A stretch of 64,000 bases of DNA, from positions 9,405 to 73,404 of the forward strand of contig JBBQZK010000001.1 of assembly GCA_038207785.1 (NCBI GenBank), given 5' to 3'. The translations under genes and the position numbers were made by a program. The stretch is from Candidatus Limnocylindria bacterium (lineage in GTDB: Bacteria > Chloroflexota > Limnocylindria > P2-11E). The notes beneath the pieces are model-generated. The model was not told the origin of the DNA. It made no database searches and saw only the letters and a program-made list of their open reading frames with translations. Below, one piece after another: positions 49,480-58,612 of the stretch; within the stretch, counting starts at the first letter, position 1; every line of letters begins with the position of its first letter.

Positions 49480-51095
49480 CGCTCGTGCGCATCGCCCTTC
49501 GCGCCCAACGGACGGGGACGCTGGCGACGGCCTGGATCGGCACGGTGACGGGCATCGCCAACGGCGTCGGCTACGCCGCGGTCGCGGGGACGACGCACGC
49601 GGAACGCGTTGCCTTCGCCCGGCAGATGGAGCTTCTCGGGAAGCAGCTCTCGTATCTGCTCCCCCAGCCCGTCGCGCTCGACACCATGGGCGGCTACCTC
49701 ACGTGGCGGAGCTTTCCCACGCTCGCGATCGTGTTCGCGATGTGGGGCCTCCTTGCGGCGACGGGTGCAGGTCGCGGGGACGAGGAGCGCGGGCTCACCG
49801 AAGCGTGGCTCGCCACCGGCGTCAGCCGAGCGCGGTGGCTTGCCACCCGCACGGTCGGCTTCATCGCCGTCGCGATGGCGTCGCTCCTCGTCGGATGTGG
49901 GGTCACCACCGTCGCGGTCGCCCTGGTCGGCGATGCTGTGCCGCTCGGCGCGATGGCGTTCGCCGGCCTGCTCGTGCTCGGGGTGGCCGTGTGGGGCTTC
50001 GGACTCGGGCTGCTCGCGGCGCAGCTCGTGACGACGCGGCGAGCGGCGTCGGTCATCGGGGGCGCGGTGATCGTTGCGCTGTACGTCGTCAATTCGGTCC
50101 TCCGGGCGGGCGCGGATCCGGGGCCGCTCAAGTGGCTCTCTCCGTTCTACCTGTTCGACCGCAGCACGCCGCTCGTGCCGGGCGGCACGGTGGACCTCGT
50201 CGCCACGCTCCTCCTCGTCATGATCGGCGTGGTCCTGGCGGGCCTCGCGGCCGTCGCGTTCGCACGGCGTGACCTCGGCGGCGCGCTGTTCGAACGCCGA
50301 CCGGCGACCGCGGCGCCCACGGTGCGGCCGTCCTCCGACCCCCTGCTCCGGCTGCCGGTCCTCGCAGGGGTCGACCAGCAGCGGTGGTGGATCGTCGGCT
50401 GGGCCCTCGGCCTCGCGGTCCTCGGCTACTTCCTCACGTCGCTCGCGAGGACGATCGTGGACTCGCTCGCAGCGATCCCGTCGATGCAGGTCTATCTCAC
50501 GCGCGCGGGGATCAACGCGTACGCGGACATCGTCGGCGTCATCTGGTTCGGGACCGCGCTGCTGCTCATATCCGTCTTCGTGGTCGCGCAGGTGAACGGG
50601 TGGGCCGCGGATGACGCCGAAGGCCGGCTCGAGGCGTCCCTCGCCGCGGGCGCGTCCCGCCACCGGATCGTCCTCGAGCGCCTCGCCGCGTTGCTCGTGG
50701 CCGCCGGAATCGTCGCGGTCGTCAGCAGCGGGGGCGTGTACCTCGCGACGCGGGCGTTCGACATCAGCGTGCCCGGCGATCGGCTGCTGGTCGCCGCGCT
50801 CCTCGTGCTTCCCCTGGTGTTCGCGTTCGGCGGGATCGGACACGCGCTCGTCGGCTGGCGGCCGCGCGTCGCCGTGGTGATCCTGAGCACCGTCGCGATC
50901 GTGTCGTATTTCATTCAGCAGTTCGCGCCGGTCTTCGACGTGCCCGAGTGGGTCAGCAAGCTCTCGTTGTTCGTGCTGTACGGGACGCCGCTGACGAAGG
51001 TCGAATGGTCCGGTGCGCTGACGCTGACGGCCATCGGCATCGCCGGGACGGCTGTAGCGCTGGGCGGGATGCGCCGGCGGGACGTGGGTCGCTAG
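49476..51095 (+). CDS. ABC-2-type transporter permease (duplicated 6-TM domains)
   Basis: It is ATGA-coupled to the ATPase and is a 539-aa polytopic membrane protein. Confidence 0.7.
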   Translation: MTLVRIALRAQRTGTLATAWIGTVTGIANGVGYAAVAGTTHAERVAFARQMELLGKQLSYLLPQPVALDTMGGYLTWRSFPTLAIVFAMWGLLAATGAGRGDEERGLTEAWLATGVSRARWLATRTVGFIAVAMASLLVGCGVTTVAVALVGDAVPLGAMAFAGLLVLGVAVWGFGLGLLAAQLVTTRRAASVIGGAVIVALYVVNSVLRAGADPGPLKWLSPFYLFDRSTPLVPGGTVDLVATLLLVMIGVVLAGLAAVAFARRDLGGALFERRPATAAPTVRPSSDPLLRLPVLAGVDQQRWWIVGWALGLAVLGYFLTSLARTIVDSLAAIPSMQVYLTRAGINAYADIVGVIWFGTALLLISVFVVAQVNGWAADDAEGRLEASLAAGASRHRIVLERLAALLVAAGIVAVVSSGGVYLATRAFDISVPGDRLLVAALLVLPLVFAFGGIGHALVGWRPRVAVVILSTVAIVSYFIQQFAPVFDVPEWVSKLSLFVLYGTPLTKVEWSGALTLTAIGIAGTAVALGGMRRRDVGR

Positions 51096-53158
51096 CGGAC
51101 CGTCACGTACCAGTACACGCCGTAGTCCTCCATCCACTGCGCGCCCTCGACGAGCGGCCGGATGTACAAGCGATACGTCCCGGGCGTCGCGGGCGCCTGG
51201 ATCGTGAACTGGAACCAGGCGACCTGGTTCGGCCCGACGTAGGGAGCGGGCTGGAGGGCCACCCGGTTGTAGCGCGGCCATGCGGTGTTCGGCGAGCCGA
51301 GCTGGCCGTCACCGCCGAGAGGGCTCGGCTGATCCTGGCCGGGCATCGGCGACCACGTGCCGAGGTACGCGACCTCGCCCATGCGTCCGCTGACCCAGCC
51401 CCTCGAGCCCGAATTGTAGTACGCGACGGTCGCCGTCGAGCGGTCGCCGGCGCAGAGCGTCGGATATCCGGACTGGCCGTACCACGACGCATGGAAGCCG
51501 GGCTGCCCCGACGGCAGCGTCGGTGGCGGCGGGATCCCGGGTCCTTCGCTGGAGGTGCACGCAGCCGTCGACGGCGCCGGTGACACGACCGCGAGCTGGC
51601 CGGCTGCGACCGTGACCGTGCCGCTCGATGCGATGGCCCTGGTCGCGTCGATCGTCGCGGTATACGTGCCGGGGGCGAGATCGACGAAGCCGAACCAGCC
51701 CGACCCGTCGGTCGTGCGGCGCGCGATCACCACGTCGTTCGCGCCGTGGAGCGAGACGACCGCCTGCGTGATCGGCGCGCCGCTCGCGTCGACCGCGATC
51801 CCGCGGATGTGGCCCAGCGACGGCTGGTCCTTCCACGGCATGCCCGGCGCCGCGGCGGGTGTCGCGAAGACCGCGGGCGTCACGGGATCATCTGCACTCG
51901 GCTTCGTCAGCGCGGCGATGAGCTGCGCGCGCGCGGACGCGCCGGTGCGGGTCCCGGCATCCGTCGCCGCGTCAGGGGTGCGGTACGAGTAGCCGGCCCA
52001 TCCAGCCGATGGCACGCCGGCCGTGCTCGGCGCGACCGCGGTGCGCACCTGCCGGATGGTCGAGGGGATGTCGTTGAGGTACATCGCGGATCCCACCGCG
52101 CTCGACCGCTGGAACTGCGAATCCTTCGCGAAGTCGGACCACTGCGCGTACCAGGTGCGCTGATTGGCGTCGGTATCGCGCTTGTAGTTCATCGCGATGT
52201 TGAGATCGAGGATGCCCTCGCGCAGCCAGCCGACCCAATCCTGCAGCACTTCGGCATACGTCCGGGTCTTCTCCCAGCCGCCGACGCTCTGCGGCCCCGA
52301 GCCGTACGTGATCGTGTCCGCGCTGATCCGGATCGCAGGCCGGATGGCGTACGTCTCGAGATAGATCTTGCGCACGATGTTCGTGACCTGGTCGCGCCGC
52401 CACTGCGTCCACGCGACGTCCGTGTTCGCCGGCCGGTCCGTGCGTCCGGTCGAGGCCTGGAAGCGCGCGAGGGCCGTCGGGTTGTAGCCCCAAGAGGGCA
52501 CGTTCGTGCCGAAGTTGCCGTCGGGGTACCGGATGCGGTCGAGGTTGATGCCGTCGACGTTGTAGCCGCGCGCGATGCTCGTCGCGATGTTCACGATGTA
52601 CGCGGCGGCATCGGGGTGCCCGGGATCGATGAAGTACTCGTTCGTGAGGTTGGACGCGCCGTCGGAGCGGTAGTCGATCCAGTTGGCGGCGCCGGTCGTC
52701 GCCGGCCCGTGCTGGTTGTACGCGTGATTCGGGTCAGTAGGTGCGGCCGGGCCCTGCCACACGCCGGTGGTGATGATCCACGCGTGGACCTGGATGCCCT
52801 GGGCGTGCGCGGCATCGATGAGCGACTGCAGCGGATCGAACGGCGCGGGCGAGACCCCGGCGTATGCCGCGCGGGGCAGGCTCGAGCGGTTGCAAAGGCA
52901 GTCGCCGCGACGGACGACCTGCGCGACGATCGCGTTCATGTTGGCGCTCTTGACGTCCGTGACGAGCTGATCGATCTGGGCCTGCGTGTACAGGCCGTCC
53001 CCGAACGCGTCGACCCAGAACGCCCGCAGCTGGCCGCCGGCCGCGGCGACGGGCGCGATGTTCGGATCGACCGTCGTGCCCGCGGCGCGGGCTGGAGCCG
53101 CGCAGGCGAGCGCGGCCAGCACGACCGCGAGCGCGATCCCGATCGAGCGGCGGATCAC
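51092..53158 (-). CDS. secreted glycosyl-hydrolase-like family 10 (GHL10/PF02638-like) protein with a CarbR-like domain and a C-terminal ~140-aa beta domain
   Basis: It has a signal peptide VIRRSIGIALAVVLAALACAAPARA and ...FWVDAFGDGLYT... and ...GIQVHAWI.... The GTG at 53158 overlaps the upstream stop (GTGA). Confidence 0.55.
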   Translation of the reverse strand: MIRRSIGIALAVVLAALACAAPARAAGTTVDPNIAPVAAAGGQLRAFWVDAFGDGLYTQAQIDQLVTDVKSANMNAIVAQVVRRGDCLCNRSSLPRAAYAGVSPAPFDPLQSLIDAAHAQGIQVHAWIITTGVWQGPAAPTDPNHAYNQHGPATTGAANWIDYRSDGASNLTNEYFIDPGHPDAAAYIVNIATSIARGYNVDGINLDRIRYPDGNFGTNVPSWGYNPTALARFQASTGRTDRPANTDVAWTQWRRDQVTNIVRKIYLETYAIRPAIRISADTITYGSGPQSVGGWEKTRTYAEVLQDWVGWLREGILDLNIAMNYKRDTDANQRTWYAQWSDFAKDSQFQRSSAVGSAMYLNDIPSTIRQVRTAVAPSTAGVPSAGWAGYSYRTPDAATDAGTRTGASARAQLIAALTKPSADDPVTPAVFATPAAAPGMPWKDQPSLGHIRGIAVDASGAPITQAVVSLHGANDVVIARRTTDGSGWFGFVDLAPGTYTATIDATRAIASSGTVTVAAGQLAVVSPAPSTAACTSSEGPGIPPPPTLPSGQPGFHASWYGQSGYPTLCAGDRSTATVAYYNSGSRGWVSGRMGEVAYLGTWSPMPGQDQPSPLGGDGQLGSPNTAWPRYNRVALQPAPYVGPNQVAWFQFTIQAPATPGTYRLYIRPLVEGAQWMEDYGVYWYVTVR
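51095..51520. repeat. copy A of a ~420-bp direct repeat encoding the shared secreted beta domain
   Basis: It is roughly 80% identical at the nucleotide level and roughly 75% at the protein level with 53870-54295. Confidence 0.6.
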
Positions 53159-54426
53159 CGGACGTACGCCGCCTTGAAGGATTCGAAGCGCGCGTAGAAG
53201 ACGTCGGTGGGCTCGCCGAAGGCCTGCGCGAACGCGGCATGCCACTCGATCCCGCGACCCACGGCCTCGCACCACGTGCGCAGCGGCAGCGGTCCATTTG
53301 CGGCGAGGAGCCGATCGACCGCGAGGTACGAGACGCTGTACGGGTTCGCGCTGTCCGGCCATTGTGTCTCGAGCTGCGCGAGCGCCGGATGGGTCGTCGC
53401 GGTGACGAGCTGCCGCTTCGTGAACGTGTCCATGTTCCCCTGCGGGATGAGCCCGTCAGCGACGAGCGTGCGATACGCGAGCGACTCGGCCATTCCCTCC
53501 GAGAGCCAGCGGGGCCCGAGCATGCATGCGTTGCCGCCGAGCTCGCCCTGCCACACGTGGATGTACTCGTGCGCCGTGAGCTCTCGGCGCTCGGTGTCGG
53601 CGCTCCAGGTGTCCGCCGCCACGGCCCGTGGACTCACCCACTCGCTGTTGCTCGTGACGATGTCGATGCCATCGAGGCGTGCGAGGCAGCAGTACTGGTC
53701 GGCGGTGCTCCCGACCACGATCCGCGTCGTGGCCGTGCGCGAACGATCTCCGCCCACGGCGCGCGCCAGATATGCGGCCGCGCGATCGATGCCCTCGTGG
53801 ACGTCGGCGATGGAACGGGCATCGACGCCGGCCCCGACCGTGAAGTACATACCGCGCGGATCGGGCGGCGTGGCGGCCGGGGCGGAGCCGTCGGGGTTGA
53901 GGACGGTGATCTGCCAGAAGACCCCGTAGTCCTCCATCCATTGCGCGCCTTCGATGAGCGGGCGGATGGCGACGCGGTACGTGCCCGGGGTCGCGGGGGC
54001 CTGAACGGTGAACTGGAACCACGCGACCTGCCCGGGTCCGACGTACGCCGCGGGCTGCACGGCCGGGCGGTTGTACCGGGCCCAGCCCGTCGCCGGTGAT
54101 CCGAATGCACCGTCGCCGCCGACGATGGTCGCCGCGTCCTGCCCCGGGTCGCTGTCCGCGGTGCCGAGGTAGGCGACCTCACCGAGGCGCCCCCTGACCC
54201 AGCCCCGCGAGCCGGAGTTGTAGTAGGCGACCGTGGCCGTCATGCGATCGCCTGGGCAGAGCGACATGTACCCGGACTGGCCGAACCAGGCCGCGTGGAA
54301 CCCGGGCAACCCGGTGGCCCGGCTGGCCGGAGGGGGCACGCCCGGACCGACCGAGGAAGCGCACGTGGCTGCGTGTGCCGGACGGCCAAGCGCCGTCACC
54401 GACGCGACCACGAGCAGAGCCACCAT
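53155..54426 (-). CDS. secreted protein with an N-terminal shared ~140-aa beta domain and a C-terminal HExxH zinc-metallopeptidase-like domain
   Basis: It has a signal peptide MVALLVVASVTALGRPAHA and a GAGGA RBS. It carries ...TAHEYIHVWQGELGG...SEGMAESLAY.... Confidence 0.55.
   Translation of the reverse strand: MVALLVVASVTALGRPAHAATCASSVGPGVPPPASRATGLPGFHAAWFGQSGYMSLCPGDRMTATVAYYNSGSRGWVRGRLGEVAYLGTADSDPGQDAATIVGGDGAFGSPATGWARYNRPAVQPAAYVGPGQVAWFQFTVQAPATPGTYRVAIRPLIEGAQWMEDYGVFWQITVLNPDGSAPAATPPDPRGMYFTVGAGVDARSIADVHEGIDRAAAYLARAVGGDRSRTATTRIVVGSTADQYCCLARLDGIDIVTSNSEWVSPRAVAADTWSADTERRELTAHEYIHVWQGELGGNACMLGPRWLSEGMAESLAYRTLVADGLIPQGNMDTFTKRQLVTATTHPALAQLETQWPDSANPYSVSYLAVDRLLAANGPLPLRTWCEAVGRGIEWHAAFAQAFGEPTDVFYARFESFKAAYVR
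53870..54295. repeat. copy B of the ~420-bp direct repeat
   Basis: It pairs with copy A at 51095-51520. Confidence 0.6.
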
Positions 54427-54475
54427 CCCGATCCTCACTACGACCACAACTCTCACGCGCGCGAAGCGTGACGCG

Positions 54476-56656
54476 CTATCTCGCGTACCGTCCCAACCCT
54501 TCCACCAGCACTTCAGCGACGTGGCGCACGACGAACCCGTCGTGCGCCACGTTGGCGGCCCCGCGCAGATGCAGGAGGCAGCCGGGATTGTCCGTCGCGA
54601 GCACCGTCGCACCGGTCGCGCGAACGTTCTCGAGCTTGCGTTCGGCGATGCGCTGGGCGAGGGCCGGGTGATCGAGCGACGTCGAGCCACCGAACCCGCA
54701 GCACACCCCAGCCTCGGCGAGCTCGCGGACGGGGATGCCGGCGCGCTCGAGCAGCTGCCGACCGACGTCGCCGGAGCCCATGACGTTGGTCGTCTGACAG
54801 AACGCGTGGACAGTCACGGCCTCGGCATCTGCCCGGAGGGGCAGCGCCGGCGGGTCCGCGATCCGAGCGAGGAAGCTCAGCAGGTCGAGGGTCCGCTCGG
54901 AGAGGTGCTGTGCGCGGGCCCGCCACTCGGGCTCACCGGCGAGCAGCTCCACATAGTCGTGAGCGATGGCGATGGCGCAGGACGCACCGGCGCTCACGAT
55001 CCAGTCGGACCGCAGGTCCTCGAGCGCTTCGATCGTCTGCTTCGCCATGCGCCGGGCCGTCTCCCGATCGCCCGCATCGAGCGGCGGCAGGCCGCAGCAA
55101 TGCTGCCCGGCCGGGACGACGACGCGCACACCGCAGGCGCGCAGCAGCTCGATCGCGGCGCGAGCCTGCTCCGGGGCGAACCGGTCGGTGATGCACTGCA
55201 GGAAGTACGCGACCGTCAGACCGCGCGCCTTGCTTTCGCGCCACGGGCCGGTCGCATGCGCCTCGAACGCGCGGCCAAGGAGCGTGTCGCGCCCGGGACG
55301 CGACGCGAGCGCGGGGACGCTCCGCCACCGGAGAGCCGGCGGCAGGGGGATCCGCAGGAATGCGCCTCGCCGGAGCGGGCGCTGGACGACGGACGCGGCG
55401 CGCATCACGGCGTCGAAGACCCGCGGCCGGGACCAGACGGCGAACGCCACGCGCTTCGCGAACGGCAGGCCATTGGCCGCGACGACCGCCGCGCGCACCC
55501 GCAGGATCTGTTGCGGCAGCGGGATGTCGACCGGGCAGATGGTCGCGCACGCGTTGCAGCTCACGCAGAGGCTCTGCGGCCCGGCCGCGTTCTGGAGCCC
55601 GTGATGCGCGGCGGTATTCACGAGGCCGATCGGCCCCGAGTACACGTAGCCGAACACGTGCCCGCCGACGACCTGATATGACGGACAGACGTCGGCGCAC
55701 GCGGCGCAGCGGATGCAGCGCAATGCGTCGCGGAAGCCGGGATCCGCGTGCAGCTGCGTGCGGCCGTTATCCACCAGCACAAGGTGGATCTCGCGGTCGC
55801 CGTCGGTGCCGGTGATGAAGCTCGTGTAGCTCGTGATCTCCTGCGCGGTGGCACTGCGCGCGAGGAGACGGAGCTGTGACGCGGCGTCCGCGAACGTGGG
55901 CACGAGCTTTTCCCAGCCGGCGATGACGATGAGCGTGTTGGGCAGCGTGCTCACGAGGTCGCCGTTCCCTTCGTTCGTCACGAGCATGACGGTGCCGGTG
56001 TCCGCGATCAGCGCGTTCGCTCCGATCATGCCGGCGCCGGCCGCGAGGAACACCCGCCGTAGCTCGGCGCGCGCTAGCGCCACCATCGCGCCGATGTCGT
56101 CGGGATCGACTGCCCGCTGGGCCTCGGCCTCGAGAAGCGCGGCCACCTGCTGGCGACTCTTGTGGATGGCCGGCATGACCATGTGGCTCGGGGTCTCGTG
56201 CGCGAGCTGAACGATCCATTCGCCGAGATCCGTTTCGACGACGCGGATGCCCGCGGCCTCGAGGTGGTGATTCAGGAAGACCTCTTCACCAACCATCGAC
56301 TTGCCCTTCGCGAAGAGCGTCACGCCCCGCTCACGCAGGAGACCCAGGACGATGCTCCGTGCGTCGTCGGCCGTCCGCGCGTCGTGCACAACGCCGCCGC
56401 GCGCCGTGAACGCGCGTTCGAATCGTGCGCGGATCCCGGACGGATCCGCAAGCACGCTGTTCTTGGCTGTCACGAGGCGGGCCTTCTCCTCGGCGAACGA
56501 GCTGCCGGTGGCCCCGACAGCGGACGCTTCGGCTCGCAGTCGTTCGAATGCCGCGTCGCGGGTCAGCCGCCAGGCCCGCTGGAACGCGAGCAAGTTGCGG
56601 CGCAGGCGCGGGTCCGCCAGGGCGCGGCGATACCGCTCGCCGAATGGCGCGATCAC
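54476..56656 (-). CDS. lutB: lactate-utilisation LutB-LutA fusion protein (DUF162/LUD + 2x[4Fe-4S] + two CCG domains)
   Basis: It has ...CIRCAACADVCP... and ...CVSCNACATICP... ferredoxin motifs, then ...CCGLP... and ...CCGFGG... CCG domains. Confidence 0.7.
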   Translation of the reverse strand: MIAPFGERYRRALADPRLRRNLLAFQRAWRLTRDAAFERLRAEASAVGATGSSFAEEKARLVTAKNSVLADPSGIRARFERAFTARGGVVHDARTADDARSIVLGLLRERGVTLFAKGKSMVGEEVFLNHHLEAAGIRVVETDLGEWIVQLAHETPSHMVMPAIHKSRQQVAALLEAEAQRAVDPDDIGAMVALARAELRRVFLAAGAGMIGANALIADTGTVMLVTNEGNGDLVSTLPNTLIVIAGWEKLVPTFADAASQLRLLARSATAQEITSYTSFITGTDGDREIHLVLVDNGRTQLHADPGFRDALRCIRCAACADVCPSYQVVGGHVFGYVYSGPIGLVNTAAHHGLQNAAGPQSLCVSCNACATICPVDIPLPQQILRVRAAVVAANGLPFAKRVAFAVWSRPRVFDAVMRAASVVQRPLRRGAFLRIPLPPALRWRSVPALASRPGRDTLLGRAFEAHATGPWRESKARGLTVAYFLQCITDRFAPEQARAAIELLRACGVRVVVPAGQHCCGLPPLDAGDRETARRMAKQTIEALEDLRSDWIVSAGASCAIAIAHDYVELLAGEPEWRARAQHLSERTLDLLSFLARIADPPALPLRADAEAVTVHAFCQTTNVMGSGDVGRQLLERAGIPVRELAEAGVCCGFGGSTSLDHPALAQRIAERKLENVRATGATVLATDNPGCLLHLRGAANVAHDGFVVRHVAEVLVEGLGRYAR

Positions 56657-57057
56657 CCGACGAACACGACGTGCAGCTCGCGTGGTCCATGCACGCCCAC
56701 GGTGAGCGCGCGCTCGATGTCCGCCGTGCGGCTCGGTCCGGTCATCAACGTCACGTAGGGCCGGCCGTCGCGCACGAGACGGTCGATGCGCGCGAGCGCG
56801 TCATCGAGCGTGGGAAGGAGCTCGCCGGCGGGAACGAGGAGCCACAGCCGCTCGGCAAGCATCGCTTCGCCACGTTCTTCCCGCGGCAGCGCGACCGCGA
56901 CGGATCCGGTCTCGGCGACAGCGAACAGCGCGTCCACGATGCGATCGCCTTCGTGGTGACCAGCGGCCGCACGAGCAGCGGTCGCGTCGGTCGCGGTGGT
57001 GACGACGGCGCCGACGGCGGTCGCCTTTCGCGCGAAGTGCAGGTGCAGGTCGGACAA
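56653..57057 (-). CDS. lutC: LutC/YkgG-family (LUD-domain) protein, short form
   Basis: It has ...TLMTGPSRTADIERALTVGVHGPRELHVV... The TTG start lies immediately after the upstream stop. It is ATGA-coupled to lutB. Confidence 0.5.
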   Translation of the reverse strand: MSDLHLHFARKATAVGAVVTTATDATAARAAAGHHEGDRIVDALFAVAETGSVAVALPREERGEAMLAERLWLLVPAGELLPTLDDALARIDRLVRDGRPYVTLMTGPSRTADIERALTVGVHGPRELHVVFVG

Positions 57058-57684
57058 CTAGGTCGCGCGCTCGAACCGGTCCGTCTTCACGTTCCAACCG
57101 AACAGCAGCTTCGCGTCGGGCTTCCCGTCCTTCACGCCACGGATCTCGTGCACGGTGCTCACGACACGGCGCGTGGGGTGCTCCCACTCGCCGAGCGAAC
57201 GCAGGTACACCACGAGCGAGATCCGCGCGGCGTGGGCGTCGGGCACGCCGCAGCCGTGGCAGATGATCGCGAAGGCCTCGTCCGGGTCGGGCGCGTGCAG
57301 CGCCGTCGCGAGTGCGGTCCCTTGGGTGATGCCGTTGAACGCGCGGCGCACCGGATCGCCGAAGACGTACCCGGCAGACCACGTACCGCGGCTGATCTCC
57401 GGCACGATGAGGTAGCCGCCCTTCGCCTTCTCGATCAGCGGATCGACGTCGTCGCCGTCGTACCCGAGCGCGAGCACCGGCTTTGATTGCTCGGCGAGCA
57501 TCGCCCGCATCGTGGTCGTCTTGCCCGCGAGGCGCGGGACCGCCATCACGATGAAGCTCTTGTGCGCTCGCGCTGTATCGCGAAGGAGATCGGCGATCTC
57601 CTGGGACATCGTGCCGTTCGCCACCTGATCGGCGAGCCTGATCGGAGCTTCAGCCACGCGCAAACAGTAATCATCCGCCGACAT
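57058..57684 (-). CDS. truncated/divergent CpaF/VirB11-like secretion-ATPase core domain protein
   Basis: It has a Walker A-like AVPRLAGKTTT. ...YLIVPEISRG... resembles the rpDrIIVGEvRG box, and ...TALATALHAPDPDEA... resembles the TGHdGsmtTiHAnsa His box. It has no N-terminal domain. The ATG at 57684 has a GAGGTGGG RBS. Confidence 0.4.
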   Translation of the reverse strand: MSADDYCLRVAEAPIRLADQVANGTMSQEIADLLRDTARAHKSFIVMAVPRLAGKTTTMRAMLAEQSKPVLALGYDGDDVDPLIEKAKGGYLIVPEISRGTWSAGYVFGDPVRRAFNGITQGTALATALHAPDPDEAFAIICHGCGVPDAHAARISLVVYLRSLGEWEHPTRRVVSTVHEIRGVKDGKPDAKLLFGWNVKTDRFERAT

Positions 57685-57746
57685 GCACTGCGCCCACCTC
57701 GTGGGCGGGCGCAGTCGGTCAAGGAGGGAGTGGAGGAGTTGACGGG

Positions 57747-58463
57747 CTAGTGGCGCGGGCCGTGGCCGGTCGAGTCGGCGAGCTTGGCCATCCGGTCGGC
57801 CAGCCCGGTCTCGAGCTGCGTCGCCTGAGCGGCGGTGATGGTGCCGGCGGTCTTCGCGGCCTCGATCTTCGTGGTCGCGTCGGTGACGAGGGCTTGGATC
57901 AAGGCCTCGCGGGTCTTGCCTGCGGCCGTCGCGATCTGGGCCAGGGTCTGGCCGCCTTGCATCTTCGTGTGCAGATCGGCGGTCGTGGTGCCGAGGAACG
58001 TCGCCGCGGTGGCGAGCGGGTCCGCCTGCACGCCAAAGCCGAAGCCGTGGCCCGGGCCACCGGGGCCACCGTTCGGGTGCTGATCGGCCGTGCCGGGCTG
58101 GTCGACCATCGTCGAGATCGCCTGCCGCTCGGCACTGACGAGCGCGGCGATGAGTCCGTCGCGGGTCTTGCCGTTGGCGACCGCGATGGCCGCGAGGGTC
58201 TTGCCGGTCGCCAGCTGCGTCCGCAGGTCGGCCGCGGCGATGCCGATGTACGCGGCGGCGGCCGTCATGAGGTCGGCGCCCTTGGGACCGTTGTCGGACA
58301 GCACGCCGAGATCGGCGCCGATCTGCGCGGCGAGCTGGGTGCCTGGGCCGGGCTGGGCGGCCGCGGCGATCGCGGACGTCCAGACGATGCCGGCGCTCGC
58401 CACGCCGCCTGACAGGACGAGCGCGACACCGGTCGCGATGAGGGCCCGCTCGATGTTCTTCAC
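57747..58463 (-). CDS. secreted protein with internal ~45-aa tandem repeats
   Basis: It has a signal peptide MKNIERALIATGVALVLSGGVASA. Its repeats are ...ADLRTQLATGKTLAAIAVANGKTRDGLIAALV... and ...ADLHTKMQGGQTLAQIATAAGKTREALIQALV.... It uses a GTG start with an AAGGAG RBS. It is divergent from the two-component system. Confidence 0.5.
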   Translation of the reverse strand: MKNIERALIATGVALVLSGGVASAGIVWTSAIAAAAQPGPGTQLAAQIGADLGVLSDNGPKGADLMTAAAAYIGIAAADLRTQLATGKTLAAIAVANGKTRDGLIAALVSAERQAISTMVDQPGTADQHPNGGPGGPGHGFGFGVQADPLATAATFLGTTTADLHTKMQGGQTLAQIATAAGKTREALIQALVTDATTKIEAAKTAGTITAAQATQLETGLADRMAKLADSTGHGPRH

Positions 58464-58570
58464 ATCTGTTCTCCTTCGCTCGGACGCCGGTCGTGGCGTA
58501 CGACAGCCACGGTCGCATTCCCCATGCGGAGAATCATGAACGGGCCCTAAGAAACCGGCGGAATGCGGGC

Positions 58571-58588
58571 GTTCTTAGCCTGTTCTTA
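58571..58588 (+). promoter_or_regulatory. direct repeat GTTCTTA-N4-GTTCTTA, with 11-bp periodicity, upstream of the response-regulator gene
   Basis: Tandem direct repeats at one helical turn are typical of OmpR-family binding sites; this could be an autoregulatory site. Confidence 0.35.
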
Positions 58589-58612
58589 ACGCGCAGTTCC
58601 TAGACTCGCTCC

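Noticed and set aside
57058-58518. 486-aa ORF spanning the ATPase and overlapping the secreted-repeat gene
   Set aside because: The N-terminal 278 aa are Arg/Gly/Asp junk overlapping a well-formed gene that has a signal peptide and RBS. A proper ATG with RBS lies at 57684.
58520-58560. Tiny uORF (ATG AAC GGG CCC TAA) with GGAGAA upstream of the response regulator
   Set aside because: It is four codons long, and there is no basis to call it functional.
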